A DNA stretch of 64,000 bases from Auanema rhodensis (lineage: Eukaryota > Animalia > Nematoda). Position numbers and translations under genes: made by a program. The first letter of the stretch is position 1. Each line of letters starts with the position of its first letter. The notes beneath the pieces were generated by a model that was given only the letters and a program-made list of their open reading frames with translations, ran no database searches and had not been told where the DNA came from. The DNA is taken from NCBI GenBank assembly GCA_964057225.1, contig OZ059896.1, positions 18,290,001 to 18,354,000 of the forward strand. Reading direction: 5' to 3'. Positions 11,994-26,653 of this stretch are shown here, one piece after another.

Positions 11994-12847
11994 ATCCCTC
12001 GATGCATTGATATCATTTAACGCTAAATGTGAAAATAGTAAAAAACATATCCTGCTCATTTAAAACCGAAAAAAAAAACAAAGCATATAAATCCTAAAAT
12101 TTGTGATAAAGCTTACGTGATTTTTTAAATGGTTTAATTTTTCGAAAAAAATTATGGAATGGCTTGGTCTGCACTAGGGGCATTTCAGGAAGTTAAGGAA
12201 TAATGATAAGGGAACGAAATAAAAGCATAATAGACCCTGTTTATTAGAAACAGGTTTTAATTTTATACACACATCAAAAGCGGATTATTTAAATTAAAAT
12301 TGTTTCTCGTAATATGTGAATGTTGCGTCAAATGTACACGTAACATTGAAAAGCGAACCAAAATTTAATCTCTAACAATATTAATATTTTAATATATTTG
12401 AAAAAAAAAACAAGTGTATGTAGGTAAAATATTGAAAAGTTAATCAGGTTTTTTACATAGCTAAATTCGTTTATTTTTTTAGCAAATCAAGAGTGAAGCA
12501 GAATTAAGGAAAGAAAATGAAAAATGTGAAAATCATGTGCTTCAATTCGGACGGACTATTCAAATATCGATTACTTAAAACTAGTATTTCCGCAAGTTTG
12601 CGTACTAACGTACTTTTTCAAATTAATTCCCAAAGTGATTTAGTTGAACCTGCATATGTTCTACGATGTGTTGTTAAAAAATGTATTTAGTTTAAAGATT
12701 TTCGATTTTTAGAAGAATTTAAAAAAGTACTTACTTGGAATGTGAAATGTTGCAGCCAAATCTAAAATTAGGCTAGTTGGAGCACGGTTTTATAAGATCT
12801 AATGAGCGTTGTTTTCTTTGAATACTTTCTTAAAGTCAAATGACAAA

Positions 12848-12910
12848 ATGTTATTTTGATGTAATCAGGTGACGTGAACGTTTGTATTCGAATATGAATG
12901 TTTATTTTTA
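12848..12910 (+). repeat. Diverged direct repeat, copy 1 (other copy 15744-15807), flanking the UGT gene
   Basis: atgttattttgatgtaatcaggtgacgtgaacgtttgtattcgaatatgaatgtttattttta. Confidence 0.55.
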
Positions 12911-13125
12911 CACTAATCTTTAACAATATTATTATTGATTTACACCCGTTTTTCTTTTTGTTTTTTTATTTCATGTGCTTAACATATTTATAATGTTGTT
13001 GAAGTAATACCGCAATATCATACGAGAAGAAACCAGAACAATGCGTTATTGATAATTCATGATACTTAATTGTTAAAACAGTTTCACTATTCTTTCCATT
13101 CATATATGGATATAAAAAATAAAAG

Positions 13126-15300
13126 TTATTCAATTTTTGATTTTTTTGTTCCTAAACATAATCTATAGCATTTCCTGATGATGAAAATCACGGCACATAA
13201 GATTGATATAACACTAAACAGTACAAAACACAGTACATCTATTAAATAATATTGGAAGAAGTTTAGATGGCGAGCGTTTGATTCCAAGTTTGGGATTCTG
13301 CCAACCCTGGATCATATTAATTATTATTTTTTTTGTCTCAAATCTTACTTTCCAGCAAATTCTACATATTTTATCAGAGTGGCTTTTCCATTGTTTGGAC
13401 TGTTTTTGAGGATGAATGATAAATTTTCAGCATCTTGCTTATATCTAAAAGGTATAAGATATCACAGTTCAAATATGGAGAATCTACTTAGGATTTTCGA
13501 GTATTGTTTTAATAGCTTGGTGTAGTTCGTCTTCTTTCGCTAAAACGTTTTTTTCTAAAGCTAATGATCCTCCATATCTGGATATCATTGCAGCATTAAC
13601 TTGTTGATCACCAAATAGAGGTATCTGAATTTCAATAACACTACGAAAATTCAGAAGCATTTATTATTTTTATAAAGATATAATATAAACTTACAAACAG
13701 TGCAGGTTTGCCTAAATAAGCTACTTCGGTAGTACTTCCAAGTCCACCATGAGTTATGAAAAGTGTAAGACGAGGATCACTGAGAAGAAGCAACTGTGGT
13801 ACCCATTTCACCAAATAAACATTAGGGAGGTGTTCGCAGATGGTAGAATGCTCTTCATATTTCCAGATAAAAGTTACATCTTCCATTTTTTCGAATACGG
13901 ATATGAGAGATTTTCTGAAGAGAAGTCAGTCCAGTCGCTTGCATATTTTATTTTACTTGTACTCTTCGGGCATATCTTTACCTTTAGCCATGGTGCCAAA
14001 AGAAACCAAAACATTCGTTTTTCGCTTGCTCAGAATTATATCGAAATCCTGGAAGTTGACAAATTGAAAGTTGAACTAATAACATTCGTGAAACATACGC
14101 CTAGAGTTTCATTAGCTTGTATGGTCATATCAGTAACAATGCCACCTATTTCAATAGTTTTTTTATTAATAGGTCTTGGGAAAGAGAGGTAGGGGTGAGC
14201 GTTAGTGAAAATGTATGAAACTTCACCCATTAAATCCTGAATATTTTTTTCTTATAAAACGATGAACAAATATAATAACCAAATACGTTTTGAAATCATC
14301 TCCTAATATTTCTTTAATTACAGCTTCTTCCCCATATAATATCCTTTTGCAAAAAAGTTTACCAAGTACAAACTGTATGCCATTTGACACACGGTCCAAG
14401 AAATCAAGTTTGGTGGATCCTGTAAACATAGATCCAGGAACAAAACTAGGAAAGATAGGCTCTCCTAAAATAAAATGAAAGTTAAAAATTTGTTTTCACC
14501 TAAGGGATTACCGATAAATTCTGATACCATTTCAACATAACCTGTAGAAAGGGCTCCTATTGTAACTGGAATTTCCAAATGTTCGAAAATTGCTGAAAGA
14601 AAAAAAAAGAAAATGAAGATAATTTTTGAATGATAAGTACCGAAAGGGCATACGGAGGTGGGTTCGGCTATCCCTATATCAAACTTTCTTTTTTTAATAT
14701 AATTTAAGAGGTGCTCGTTCGAAAGAAGACCTTAATATTGTGGCAATTAGAATATTACTTCCAAGCTGTAACTTACTTTTACAGTTTTTAGACATCATAA
14801 TAGTAATATTGTTAAAAAACTGAAAAAAAGGATTCAAAAATATTTGATAAAAAGTGCTATTATACATTCATCATAGTTAATGGGTTTTGATTCGTGCTCC
14901 ATAGCTCCCTCATCAAAATTTCACGACCTTGTTCCATAAGATCATATATGGATTGATCTGATGGAATCAAATGAACATCTTTTGTTTTTGTTACACCAGT
15001 TTTCGTCAAACTTTTATCCAAAATAGGGCTGATAACAGTCTGTTAAGAAATCATAAATATCGTTTGAATTGTAAAAATGTACTCACAACATCGTGGCCTC
15101 TTTCAGTCAAAGTGTCTGCTATTTTCCCTAGATAATTTGAGTGTGAATGGGCAAAGATTGGTGAATATATAGCAATTTTAAGAGGTTCGCCAAGTGCAAC
15201 ATGAGTAATTACTAAACAGTGATTAAAAGAAAAAAGTAAAGAACGAAAACATACCAGTTATATACAGAGAACATAATGTAAATATTGAAATATACTTCAT
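13126..15300 (-). CDS. UDP-glucuronosyl/glucosyltransferase (ugt family)
   Basis: Signal peptide; KIAIYSPIFAHSH..IADTLTERGHDV; UGT signature WVPQLLLLSDPRLTLFITHGGLGSTTEVAYLGKPALFIPLFGDQ; C-terminal TM segment and KKSKIE* ER-retrieval-like tail. Confidence 0.93.
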
Positions 15301-15743
15301 AACTTTGTGTATTTATCAGTTCATCAAGACTCGAAAGTCTTAATTGATTTTGTTCAAATTATCAAGTTGGTTTTTTGATTGTCTTCAATTTTTCTCGAGA
15401 TCTTGCGTACATTTTCTGAGCAGAGCTCAAGGCTGGTGCTGAACATTTGAACATCTCAGAAACTATCTCGTTGAAAAAATAAATGAACTTGCTTTTATCG
15501 GCGATTTTAGGTTATGAAAGTTGATATATGCTATTTTGAAGTTTTGTGGTGTTTTGATCGGCTTCTTTAATACAAGCGAGCTGATCTGTAAATTAAATGC
15601 TTAAGAGGTTTTTAGCTTATTCTTAAGCATTAGTCCACGTGTTTAGCTTGTTTAAGTATTCAAAAATAAAGGTTTTATCAGATCGGATCAACATTATGTT
15701 TTTTTAAATTGACTTTATTTAGAATAGTGAAATGGCGTACGTT

Positions 15744-15807
15744 ATGTTACTTTCGGGTAGTACAGATGACGTGAGCGGTTGTATTTTAATTCGAATGTTT
15801 ATTTATA
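15744..15807 (+). repeat. Diverged direct repeat, copy 2 (other copy 12848-12910)
   Basis: atgttactttcgggtagtacagatgacgtgagcggttgtattttaattcgaatgtttatttata. Confidence 0.55.
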
Positions 15808-16267
15808 TAAATTATCTACTGACATTTCAACTTCGTGTCTAAAAATGAATTCAAATATGAAAAAAAATAATATAATTAAGATCAAGCACAAATTTAAAAA
15901 AATACAATAAAATAGATGTTCTTATAAAGTTATCATTAATCAATTCATCTATTTATATTGTAGGAGAAATACTACAAAAGGTTATTAATAAATTGTTTGT
16001 ATAAAAATATTTCAGACTTATGACGAAAGCATTTATTAATTTCTCTCAAATAAACATATCCAGAAATAGTGTAGTATAGCTCCATTACTTAAATGAATCT
16101 GTATGATTACATACTGGATTTAGAGCTAATCAGATAAGAATATCCATAAAAATGATGCTTGATTCTCAGTGAGCACGAGGCATTCGCCAGAATGCAGACA
16201 CCTGTCTATTGTTTCCTTTAACAAATTGTTCTTGAACTAATTTTCTATTCTATCTTTTGCAGGTAAA

Positions 16268-19200
16268 ATGGCTTTCATATGGCAGCCTGGTTCATTCCGT
16301 GAACTCTTTTTGTTTTTATTGTGTGTTGGCTTATCTTCTCAGATTTTTGAAAATTCTTCGGACACAACAAGCAACTTCACCACATATAGCGAGAAAAGTG
16401 AAGCTGATAATGTTGCTAATGAAGGATTCCAGCTGCTTCAAGTTGCGAAAGATATTCCAATATTTCCAACACAGTTCCCTATAGAGCAAAAGAATAACAG
16501 GCTACTTCTCAACTCTAGAGTTCGTCGCCAAGAAAAATCTTCTTACACCCAATTCGATTCCCAAACAAAACTGGAAGTTAACAAGGAAAATCGTAAAGTT
16601 ATTCGTATTGGTCATCTTGGAGCTGTTGGTTAGTAACCAATATTAAAATAATTGTTTTTTAATTAATTAAAATATTTTTGAAATTATTCTTCAGGAATTA
16701 TGCCAAATGATGTAAAAATTTTGAATGCAAGTAGAATGGAACTAATTGAGCTCGGTATAATTGGAGAAAACATTGAATTTGAGTTAGTTGTCTAAGCAGT
16801 TTATAACAACTTGAATTTGTTTCAGAATAATCTCGCGCTCCACATGTTCTGAATCTTACGAAGGCGTGGCTGTTGCTGCTGAACTGTACCACGTGCATCA
16901 AGTGCGTTGCTTTATTGGACCTTATTGTTCAGCTGGTTTGTTTGGAATAGGAAGTTCTTCGAAAACTTAAAATTAAGAATTGGAATCTGTGGTTAAAATG
17001 TCCACATTTTGGAATATTCCAATTATATCTTATTCATCTACCAGTAATAGTCTAACAGATAGGAACCTTTATAAGACGTTGGCACGAATTTCCTCCAAAA
17101 ACATTAATGCAATTGCAGAAGCTACAATCGCTTTATTACAACATTACAAATGGTACAAAGTATGTTTTGTCCGTAAAATGAAAATAATATTATTTGATAA
17201 TGAAAATTAATATAATTATAACAACCAGGTTGCGATTGCAACGAATACTGGAACTGAGGCTTACGATCGTGTCCAAATTTTCGAAGAAATCATGCACCGT
17301 GTTGGTATTACGGTAATTAAAAAGGTTGTCTTCATAAACTTCAGATTGTTTTTATACTATCTTGGTTTATTCTAGATTATGGTGGAGGAGGTTGCTACAG
17401 CAAATGATATGGTAAACTCAGGACTTCTTCATGATCTTGCTAATTCTGCCCGAAGTTCGTAGAAATACATATACATTTAAACTTTCAAATCAACTATACA
17501 AAAAGTAAAAAAGATTATCTAATCATAATCTCAAGTAAAAATCCTCCAATAATCTCAATCGCCAATTGCTCACAACTAATGTGTATTTTGATAAGGTTTA
17601 GCAGGATATCTGAGATATAATAAGCAAGAGCCGTCGCTATTAAGCGGATATGCTTAACTACAGTATTAAATCCTCTTTAAAATAGAGAAATATATGATTA
17701 CTTAGAGAATGTGATTAAGTCATAATAAAGAAACGGATAAGTTCATATTTCAGTCGTAATATGCATTTTTTCATCAACTCGTGAATTATCCAAAGAGTTT
17801 ATGAAAGCTACTGCAATGATGCAAACCAATACTCCAGAATTTGCTTACATTATCCCATGGATGCAATCGGGTACAAAGGTGTTAAATAAAATTTAAACTA
17901 TAAATCTCAATTAGAACATTCTTCAGGATATCTCTCCTTGGATAGGGTCTGACGGTGAGATGTTGCAGCAGGTCAAAGATCATTATGCTAACGCCATCAT
18001 AGTAAGTTATAGACAACAGTTTAAAAATAGACAATGACAAGGGCTTAAAATTAACATAAAACACCGGTTGTGTTCATGTGAACGTTACCGGAGAGTTCAA
18101 CTCCAATCGAATTAAAATCGAAAAACCAAATTTAGAGAAGAAAAAAATAATAAAATAAACGATTGAATTTAATCAATATTCCAGTTATGTTTATTATATT
18201 TATAGGTTGATGATGTTAACGGCTTCGATGACGTCTTTGTAACCAGTTTTTTGGAAAAAGTAGAGAAATACGGAATTAAGAAAGAAGATTTAGATTTGGT
18301 TTGTTATTCATTTTTTTAATATTGAATGAATGAATTGGTTTAGAGTAATATATATGGCTACATACATCTTTATGATTCTTTGAAGCTTTATGCTTTGGCT
18401 ATAAGAAAAACTTTAAATGAATCTGGTAATGAAGCATATGTTACAAATGGACAATATATTTGGAATGAAATGCGAAGAGCCACATTTGAAGGTTATCTGA
18501 TTTGAATTTTTATTAACTAAAATATATTTTTCTAGGAGTTGTAACAAGATTAGATAAGGAAGAAAATGGATTACATGTAAACGGGGCAGTTGGGACTGTT
18601 CTAATGGATGATCTAGCTGATCGTGCTCCTATGTTTGCTGCTTTCTTTATTTCTCCAAAGAGGTGAAAGAAATTCTCTCTAGTAGATCAGAAATACTTTT
18701 GCTTCAGAGATACTGTTATCAAAATGGTTACGATGGAAAGTGAACTTATACCAAATTGCGATGGCTTGAAAAATCGATCTGGTTGTTTAGCTTTAGTGAG
18801 ATTGCACCTAAGACAACCTTACCACAAAATTATTCTTTATAGAATATAACCGATATCATTCGAGATTTTTGGAATTCTGATGATGGAGCAATGCCATTAG
18901 ATGAACCTTTATGTGGTTTCCGTGGACAAAATTGTTCCTATTTCTTGGAAATAATAATTGGTGTTTCTGCTCTTGTTGCACTTCTTGCTGTAATAGGTGC
19001 TTTTATTATGTATAGAATATTGTAAGTTGTATGATACTTTTCACAATATTCACTTAACATACTTCAGGGAGCAGCGTGCATTAGATAAGATGCCTTGGAG
19101 AACATTCCACGATGATTTACAGTTCATTGATGAGGAACAGGTTAAATCAATGGTATACTTAATTTATTATAAGATTAGAGTGAAACAATGAAAATCTAGA

Positions 19201-21634
19201 TGTCGATCGGCTCTGCCAATACAAAAATTAGTAATATGAGTACAGGTCAGAAACGGCATGTAATTATAGGAGTAAATACTCATTGTACATATCATAAGTT
19301 AGTTATTTTATTTTTTATATAATAACTATTTGTTTTAAAATGACTAACTATTTAAATTAAGATATCCACAACGCAGACCAATTAAATTTGGTCGAGAAGA
19401 TTTACAATTACTAACACAAGTCTGTTTTCAAAAAACAAAATGATATCTCAGTATTTTTTTAAGATGAAACAATGCATCCATGATAATATAAACCCTTTTC
19501 TTGGAATGGCTTTCAATGAAAAAGAAGAAATGCTAATTTTATGGAAGTTTTGTAGTCGTGGAACAATTCAGGTTAACGAATTCATTGTAATATTGAATTT
19601 AAAAAAAAAAATTTAGGACATTATTCACAATCAGAGTGTGGCATTGGATGAAAAATTCCATGCAGCTTTTGTTCGTGATATCACTCTGGTATGATATACT
19701 ATACATATGTGAATTTTTAAACTTTTTAATAGGGTTTGGAATATTTACATGCAAGCCCTATCGGCTATCATGGATCCTTAACACCGTGGGCTTGTTTAAT
19801 TGACAGGAATTGGATGATAAAGCTTTCAGATTATGGAATTGGTTTGTTAATTAGTAATTTGTATTAATATTCTATTCAAAATTTCAGCGAATCCATTGGA
19901 ACGATGGGAAAAACAGGGTGCCATTAGTGTAGATGCACCGACAGACGATGATGATAAAAGCCAAGCTGCTCAGAAAACTAGTAATAAAATAATTAGTCGA
20001 ACTCATAATATTCACTTATTCTCAGGTGTTCTTTACTGTCCTCCCGAAATGTTGAAAATGCGTACACAAAATCAGAAACGAAGAATGGACCAGTCATTTT
20101 TAAAACAAACCCAAGTTTGACTGCATAATAGCAAACGTAAATCGTCAATAATTATTTAAGTTTCGGCGACAAGCTGCAGATATTTACTCTTTTGGCATGG
20201 TAATGTACGAAATTTTGTTCAGGTCTCTACCATTTAAGGAAGGAACTAACACTACTGGTAGCATGTTAACTATTTTCTGATGCTCTATTTATTTGATACA
20301 GAATTATGTGATTATTTATCTGACGGCTCAAAAATCGTAACCCCTGAGATTCAAGATCAAATGGGATGTCATCCAGATTTGCAGGTTTTTTTGCTGATTC
20401 AATATGTAAGATTAATATTAAAAATAGGCATTACTGAGAGACTGCTGGAGTGAAAATCCTGAAATTAGACCGAATATTCGTCGTGTCAGATTAAACACAG
20501 AGATGGTTCTTAAAACGTATTAATAAATTGAAATATAATCGACTGATAATGATTTTTCGTTTAGTAAGGGGTCTTTGGTGGACCAGATGATGAGATTGAT
20601 GGAACAATACGCCAATAATTTGGAAAAAATTGTAAAAGAGAGAACAGGCATGCTGGAAGAAGCGAATCTGCGTGCTGATCGACTACTTTCCCAACTTCTA
20701 CCAAAGTAAGTATATTTCTTCGAAAACCATATTTACACAAATGTAAAGATACGTTGCAAATGAATTGAAACTTGGAAGACCTGTTCTACCTAAGCTATTC
20801 TCGTCAGCCACCGTTCTCTTCTCAGATATTGTTGGCTTCACTACTATATGCTCATCTTCTTCTCCTTTGGAAGTAATAAATTTTCTTAGATTTCATTACA
20901 AAGTACTAATTTAGGTTGTGAATATGCTTAACGGTTTATATACAGGCTTTGATGAATGTATTACTCGTAACGAAAGTTACAAGGTATTAAAGGATATGAT
21001 TAAACAATTTTAGATTTGAACTAAATTTTATATATCTTCAGGTTGAAACAATTGGTGATGCATACATGGTAGTATCTGGAGTTCCAGAAGAAAATGGCAA
21101 TAATCATTCTAAACATGTAGCTAACATAGCACTGGACATGAGACAAGTTGAAATGATCAAATAAATTAGAAACCAACAACTTCTTACAGTATCTGACAAC
21201 ATATGCGATTCCTCATAAACCCAGTCAACGGATTCGCTGCCGATGGGGATTCCATACTGGCCCTGTTGCAGCAGGAGTTGTAGGTATGACAGCTCCGCGT
21301 TATTGCCTGTTCGGAGATACGGTTTGTTCTGACCACAGGGCAAAAAACATAGTTTACAACGTTGTATAGGTTAATACTGCATCTAGAATGGAATCGTCTG
21401 GATCTCCAGGTTTAATCCAAATGTCGGAAGAAGCCCATTATCACCTATCATCCAACTGGTCAATATTTAAAATTACCCCAAGAGGAGACGTCGATATTAA
21501 AGTATAAATAATATTACATGGTTTCTATAAGGAAAATCGAACTTCAGGGGAAAGGAATACTTAAGACTTATTGGCTGGAGGACCGAGAAAAAGATGCGGG
21601 AATTGCTGGCTACATCAATAATCATTGCGATTGA
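16268..21634 (+). CDS. gcy-8: Receptor-type guanylyl cyclase of the AFD thermosensory GCY-8/18/23 group (best resembles GCY-8)
   Basis: Signal peptide; extracellular domain [63 protein letters not shown]; TM; kinase-homology domain; cyclase motifs [45 protein letters not shown]. About 30 canonical introns. Exact orthology within the group is from memory. Confidence 0.9.
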
Positions 21635-22477
21635 AAACATTCAACATGATCTCAAAATTTCTCACATCGCAGTTATCTTTTATTGAATGTTCATTAGTTG
21701 TTGTCAGATTTACATCACAACGTTTACTTCAGCTGGTTAATGCTACTGCCAAAACATTATACTGCGCGCATGTAAGCATATTGATTTTTCCTTCGAGGCA
21801 TATTATATATATGCGGTGTTAATGTGCTATTTTCAGTGTTTCGCTAATATCTTTTAATCAGCTGAATCAACAATTTTTGTAATCTGAATTGTAGCTAACT
21901 ATTAACTATATGATAAATAATTAAAATAACTAGTACATAAACTCTATAAATCATTTTTCAGTTGAAGAGCATACTTTTTTTCACAGCTGCAAGCAACATT
22001 TCTTGTAATAATAACCTGAACACATTGAAATTCATTTCCTCAGCTTTCTTGTTTTTAAAATGTGAAAATGACTACCTCTTCTGCTTTTTAGGCGCCATTG
22101 CAAAGTTTTTATCCGTTGAAGACAGCGAAATGCCCCTTCTTTGCCCCCCAGTTACATTTGCACTTTTAGATTGCGTACGAAACACTTTATTTTATTTTAA
22201 ACAATACTACATGAAAGTATTATCGAGCATTTCGCGCAAATGAGACATTTGAGTGATCTTGTTTTTATTTACTCATATGTCAAGCCTGAATGTAGCTGAA
22301 TATTCAAATTACTCAACATTTCGTAATATTAAATAAAACATTTTGATCTGATCTTTTCTCATTTAAGCTTGTATTTTTTTTAATCCACAAGTGCTCATAT
22401 TGAGAAAATTTTATTATGAACTTTTTTTTCCAGAATTAACTTTTGCATAGTTTGCATCCCATTCCACAGCAAGCACG

Positions 22478-25400
22478 ATGGACAGAGTAAATTATTGAAA
22501 AAAAACTTTGTTTTAATACAAATACGGTTTACAGGCTGTGGAGTTGGAAAAGATGCACTTGACACCGGAGGAACTTGTTCTAGTCACTGATGTTACTCAA
22601 TGGCTTGGATATGTTCCACCAGTAGAAGAAGCCATACTAGAATTCCCTTTAGGTAGCTTGATTTAATTTTTGTCAGAGGTGAAATTATCCTTTTCAGAAT
22701 ATGAATATTTTGTAAATCACGCAAAAGCAATGAAAAATAAAGAAAAGAAAAAAGCATATTTACGAACAAAACGAAGACAAATTATTGCATCGTCATATCA
22801 TAGAAAAGATAAAACGTTCGAATAAAGGTTTTCTGCCGTTATATATTTTTATATAATTCAGAACGCCCCCTATTTGTCTTGTTTGTACGAACCCAGATCC
22901 AGAATTTTGTCGAAATGCTGGAACTTTAGTTTGGCTTCCTAATTTTCCCGACTTCTTCGGATTCCATGAATTTTGCATGGTATATTTTTATAATAATTTT
23001 AATCCAGCTCATGATTTGTTCTTTAGTTAATTACGCCCGAATGTTATTGTGCTCAAGATGCGACACGCCTAGAACGCCATTTCTTTAAACTCAGTATTGA
23101 ATCTCTTTTAGGGGCCTTTAAGCGCCTTATTACAGGAAAATCTGTACGACTATCACAATAATTGTATAATATATGTATATATCGTTTCAGACATTAGATT
23201 GTGCATATTGCGGTTTTCGAGGAGCTTTCTCTGGCTGCAGCATGAAAAGATGCAATAATGTTTATCATTTACCCTGTGCTTTACGTTCCTCATGTTATAT
23301 ATCTTACACAGAGGGTGAACATAGGTTTGTATATAAATTTTGATCTTGAATAATTTTTTATATTAAAGTATTACTTGCCCGACACATGTAGATTTTCTTA
23401 AATCGAAACAAAGAAATATTATTGAAAGGATATTCCCAGGTGGATCTCTGAAGAAAAGTGACCAGAAAGTCCTTTCCGGTGAAAACGCAACTTTGAAGTG
23501 CTCATATTGCAAAGCTCGACTTCGTTTCGACGGGGAGAGTACTTGGTTGGGGCGTTTTGTTATTACAAATTGTGACAATCGTATCTTAGCTTATCATTAT
23601 GAATGTATGCAGGTATAGTTTGAACGTTATTATTTCTCAAAATAATTTTCTATTTTTAAGGATTATGTAAGAAGCTGTGGCTATGACGCTCGATGTCAAC
23701 AATGCCATAATTTAAATAGGGTTACTATGTTTCATGAGCACCTAGCTCAACAAGGAGTTTATATTAATGACAGGTTGGATGAAAGTTTAATTTTTTTTTC
23801 TAAATTTGTTTCTCGATTTGTAGTAATGATGAAGATGATGACGACTGTGATGCATTTTCGGTTTCTTCCTCTGACTCTTTAGAATATTTATCTTCCGGTG
23901 AAGAATTTTTGCGTGTAACACCCACTCATGACTACTATTTCAAACGATCTGAATATAATCCACTTCCAAGAAAGAGAATGAAATATACAATTGTATGTTT
24001 ATTCTATTCACCTTTTCTATTTATTCGTCTGTAGGATAAAATTAACGATATGGACGCTTCAACTTCGGATGCAGTTGCTAACAATATAGATTTTGAAAAA
24101 ATAAAGGATATGCCCTCAACTTCCACTGCCGCATTGGAGTACCATACAAATACGGAACCAGAATCAGCTCAACAAAGAATTCCATTCCGGGAGCTGACAC
24201 CTAACCGTCACACTAGCGGTGAGGAACTGCAAGCTTCCATGGAACAAGTGGTAGTATCTAATCAATATTCAGCTGATGGTGAATCGCCAGCTTCAATAGA
24301 AAAGAAATCTTCATCCACTGAGTTTAACCATTATTCCTTTATTCAAGTAATCTATTGCGTTCAGAACTAATAAAGCTGATTCCTCGGATATTCCTGATGA
24401 TTTACCTATTAGTCAATATCCTAGGTTAGTTTTTTGCTCAAATTAAGTTTTAAATTTATATTTCAGTCCATGTGCTCATTATAATGAACCTCTGTCGCTT
24501 CCTCAAAGGTAATTTCTGTATATTTTTATTTCCATTAAAACAATTTTGGTTTCAGTGATATCATTGATGTTAGTTCTGATCATGATATCAGGTATGCCTA
24601 AAAGTTGGTTTGAATAGAAAGTATAATCTATATTTTCAGTAGTGATATAATTATCATTGGGGTAAACAAAACGGCCGATAACAGTAAGACTAATATATCA
24701 GCCCGGACCTCGCTTTCTGTTCGAGAAGTTCTTAGTAATAGTAAACAGGAACCTCTTGATGAATACGAAGAACAACCTGCGGAATACTTTGAAAGCAATG
24801 ATATTGCTAGTTTGAGTGATGCTGTTGAATCTACTCACATAATCGATGGAGATCGCCCAACTACTTCTGCAGCTGGATCTGGTGACCATGATGAACAAGC
24901 ATTAGCAAACAAAGATTTATCTAATCCTGTAAAAAGAAACATTATTGAAAATAATGAATCAGTTATGGTGGTGTCTTCAAAAGCCTCTAATCATGTTGTT
25001 AATGGAGAAGTGGTTGTTCCTTCGCCAAGCATGCCAGATACTGAAACTTTGGGACCAGTATCACCTTTCGTGGATAACTCTCCAGAAATTGTGAATGATC
25101 GTTTCTCCGAAGAATTGAATGCCGGTGCTCGATCCGTGGAAACAGCATCGTCCGCAGAATACGCTAATAATGGTTCAGGAAACAAACTCACAACTAAACA
25201 AGCCGAGATGAGAGAGTTGCCAACAGAATTAGAGTTTGTTTATTAATCATGATTTGTTTTTTAACTATTGTTTAAGGGCCAACATGGAATACAACAATCA
25301 TATTGATAGCATGTAAGTTATACCAATTTACATGAAGATTCTAATTCAACTTTCTTTGCAGGGAACAGCCCGTGCCAATGCATTCACCTCCTGACCCGAT

Positions 25401-26653
25401 GCTTTTGTCTAGTTCTCAGAAGGAGGGCACTGTTAAAAATCCCGTTTGTCTCGAAAACACGTAAGTGTATAGGATGCCATTATTTCTAAATTTCAAATAT
25501 TCAGAACTATGGAGGTCGACACTCACGTAGAAAGAGCAAAGGTTCCAGTTTCTGAATCTAGACGACCTGCACACCAAGTTATTAAGCCGATTAAATTAGT
25601 TAGAATAGCTACTGAACCTGCTAAGTATGCTCATCGAATACCTGGGTCAGACGCAGATTCTGAAGAGGATGGAATCATCAGGTATAAAAAGGCATCTCGT
25701 GAAGTATATAACTTGTTATATTTATAGCACTATATTTACACCTAAACGTAGTCGTAGTAGACCTCGTAATTCTATTCTTGATAAAACTGATGAAATTCCT
25801 ATTTCCCACGTAAGTTTCGAAAATTAGTTTTAAATTTACCATTTGATTCTAGAACGGTACTCCTGGTAGATTCTATCCTCTTTCTATTTCCACTCCTGCT
25901 TTAGAACGGAAATGCACAGTGAGAATGCTTGATCTGTAAGTTATAAACATTTAAGCATCAAATAACTTTTGAAAATATTTTCAGTATGCGTAAATCAGAG
26001 GATATTTGCAACAAGAATTTGAAACCATTCATATCTAATGCTGAAAAAAATCGGTACTTATATTGGATATATGGCATATATCTTTTAAACTTTATTTCAG
26101 TCTTCTACGATGCTTTGAAAAAGTGCGATCTAAGTTATTATTTTTATTAAAATATAAGGTATGTTTAAATTTGGTTTTAATTATTTTCTCAATATTTATT
26201 CACATTTATATCTTATTTTTAGAATTTCCATAGAAACATAAGTAACCAAGTTTTACCTGATCAAATTCAAGTTAAAAGGTATTTATTAATTTTTTAAACA
26301 ATTTTGTTTATAATTCGTTCAGTGCCATATTAACATCTGAGTCAGCTATGAATTTGGTTTACAAATTGGTTCGAAAGTATGAGTTTTAAAATTCTTAAAA
26401 TTTTACTTTGTTCTTCTTAGGTTCTCGAAAATTGAAGAGAATTGTAAGCTCCTTCGAAATGAGCCAATTGCTCTAGATGATCTTAAAGAGTGAGTAAGAA
26501 AGTTTTTAATTTAATGCTTGAATATGTTCAGATGTGACGTTTATTTTCAACGATTGGAACTTGCTTTTGTGAAACTTCTTGATTGCGAAGTATAACTTTT
26601 GAAGATCTACATTCCAATTTCAGTATGACATAAATACTCAGGCGACGTTTTAA
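22478..26653 (+). CDS. PHF7/G2E3-like extended-PHD plus RING-like zinc-finger protein with long disordered C-terminus
   Basis: CLVC...FHEFC...CAYCGFRGAFSGCSMKRCNNVYHLPCA...CPTH (ePHD); CSYC...YHYECMQDYVRSCGYDARCQQC...FHEHLAQQGVYI (RING-like, as in G2E3/PHF7); acidic Ser/Pro-rich tail; ends YDINTQATF*. Confidence 0.75.

Noticed and set aside
13749-14192. 147-aa + strand ORF
   Set aside because: Antisense to UGT exons, with no recognisable motif.
18062-18092. Short hairpin ccggttgtgttca-tg-tgaacgttaccgg in a gcy intron
   Set aside because: Too short and imperfect to distinguish from chance.
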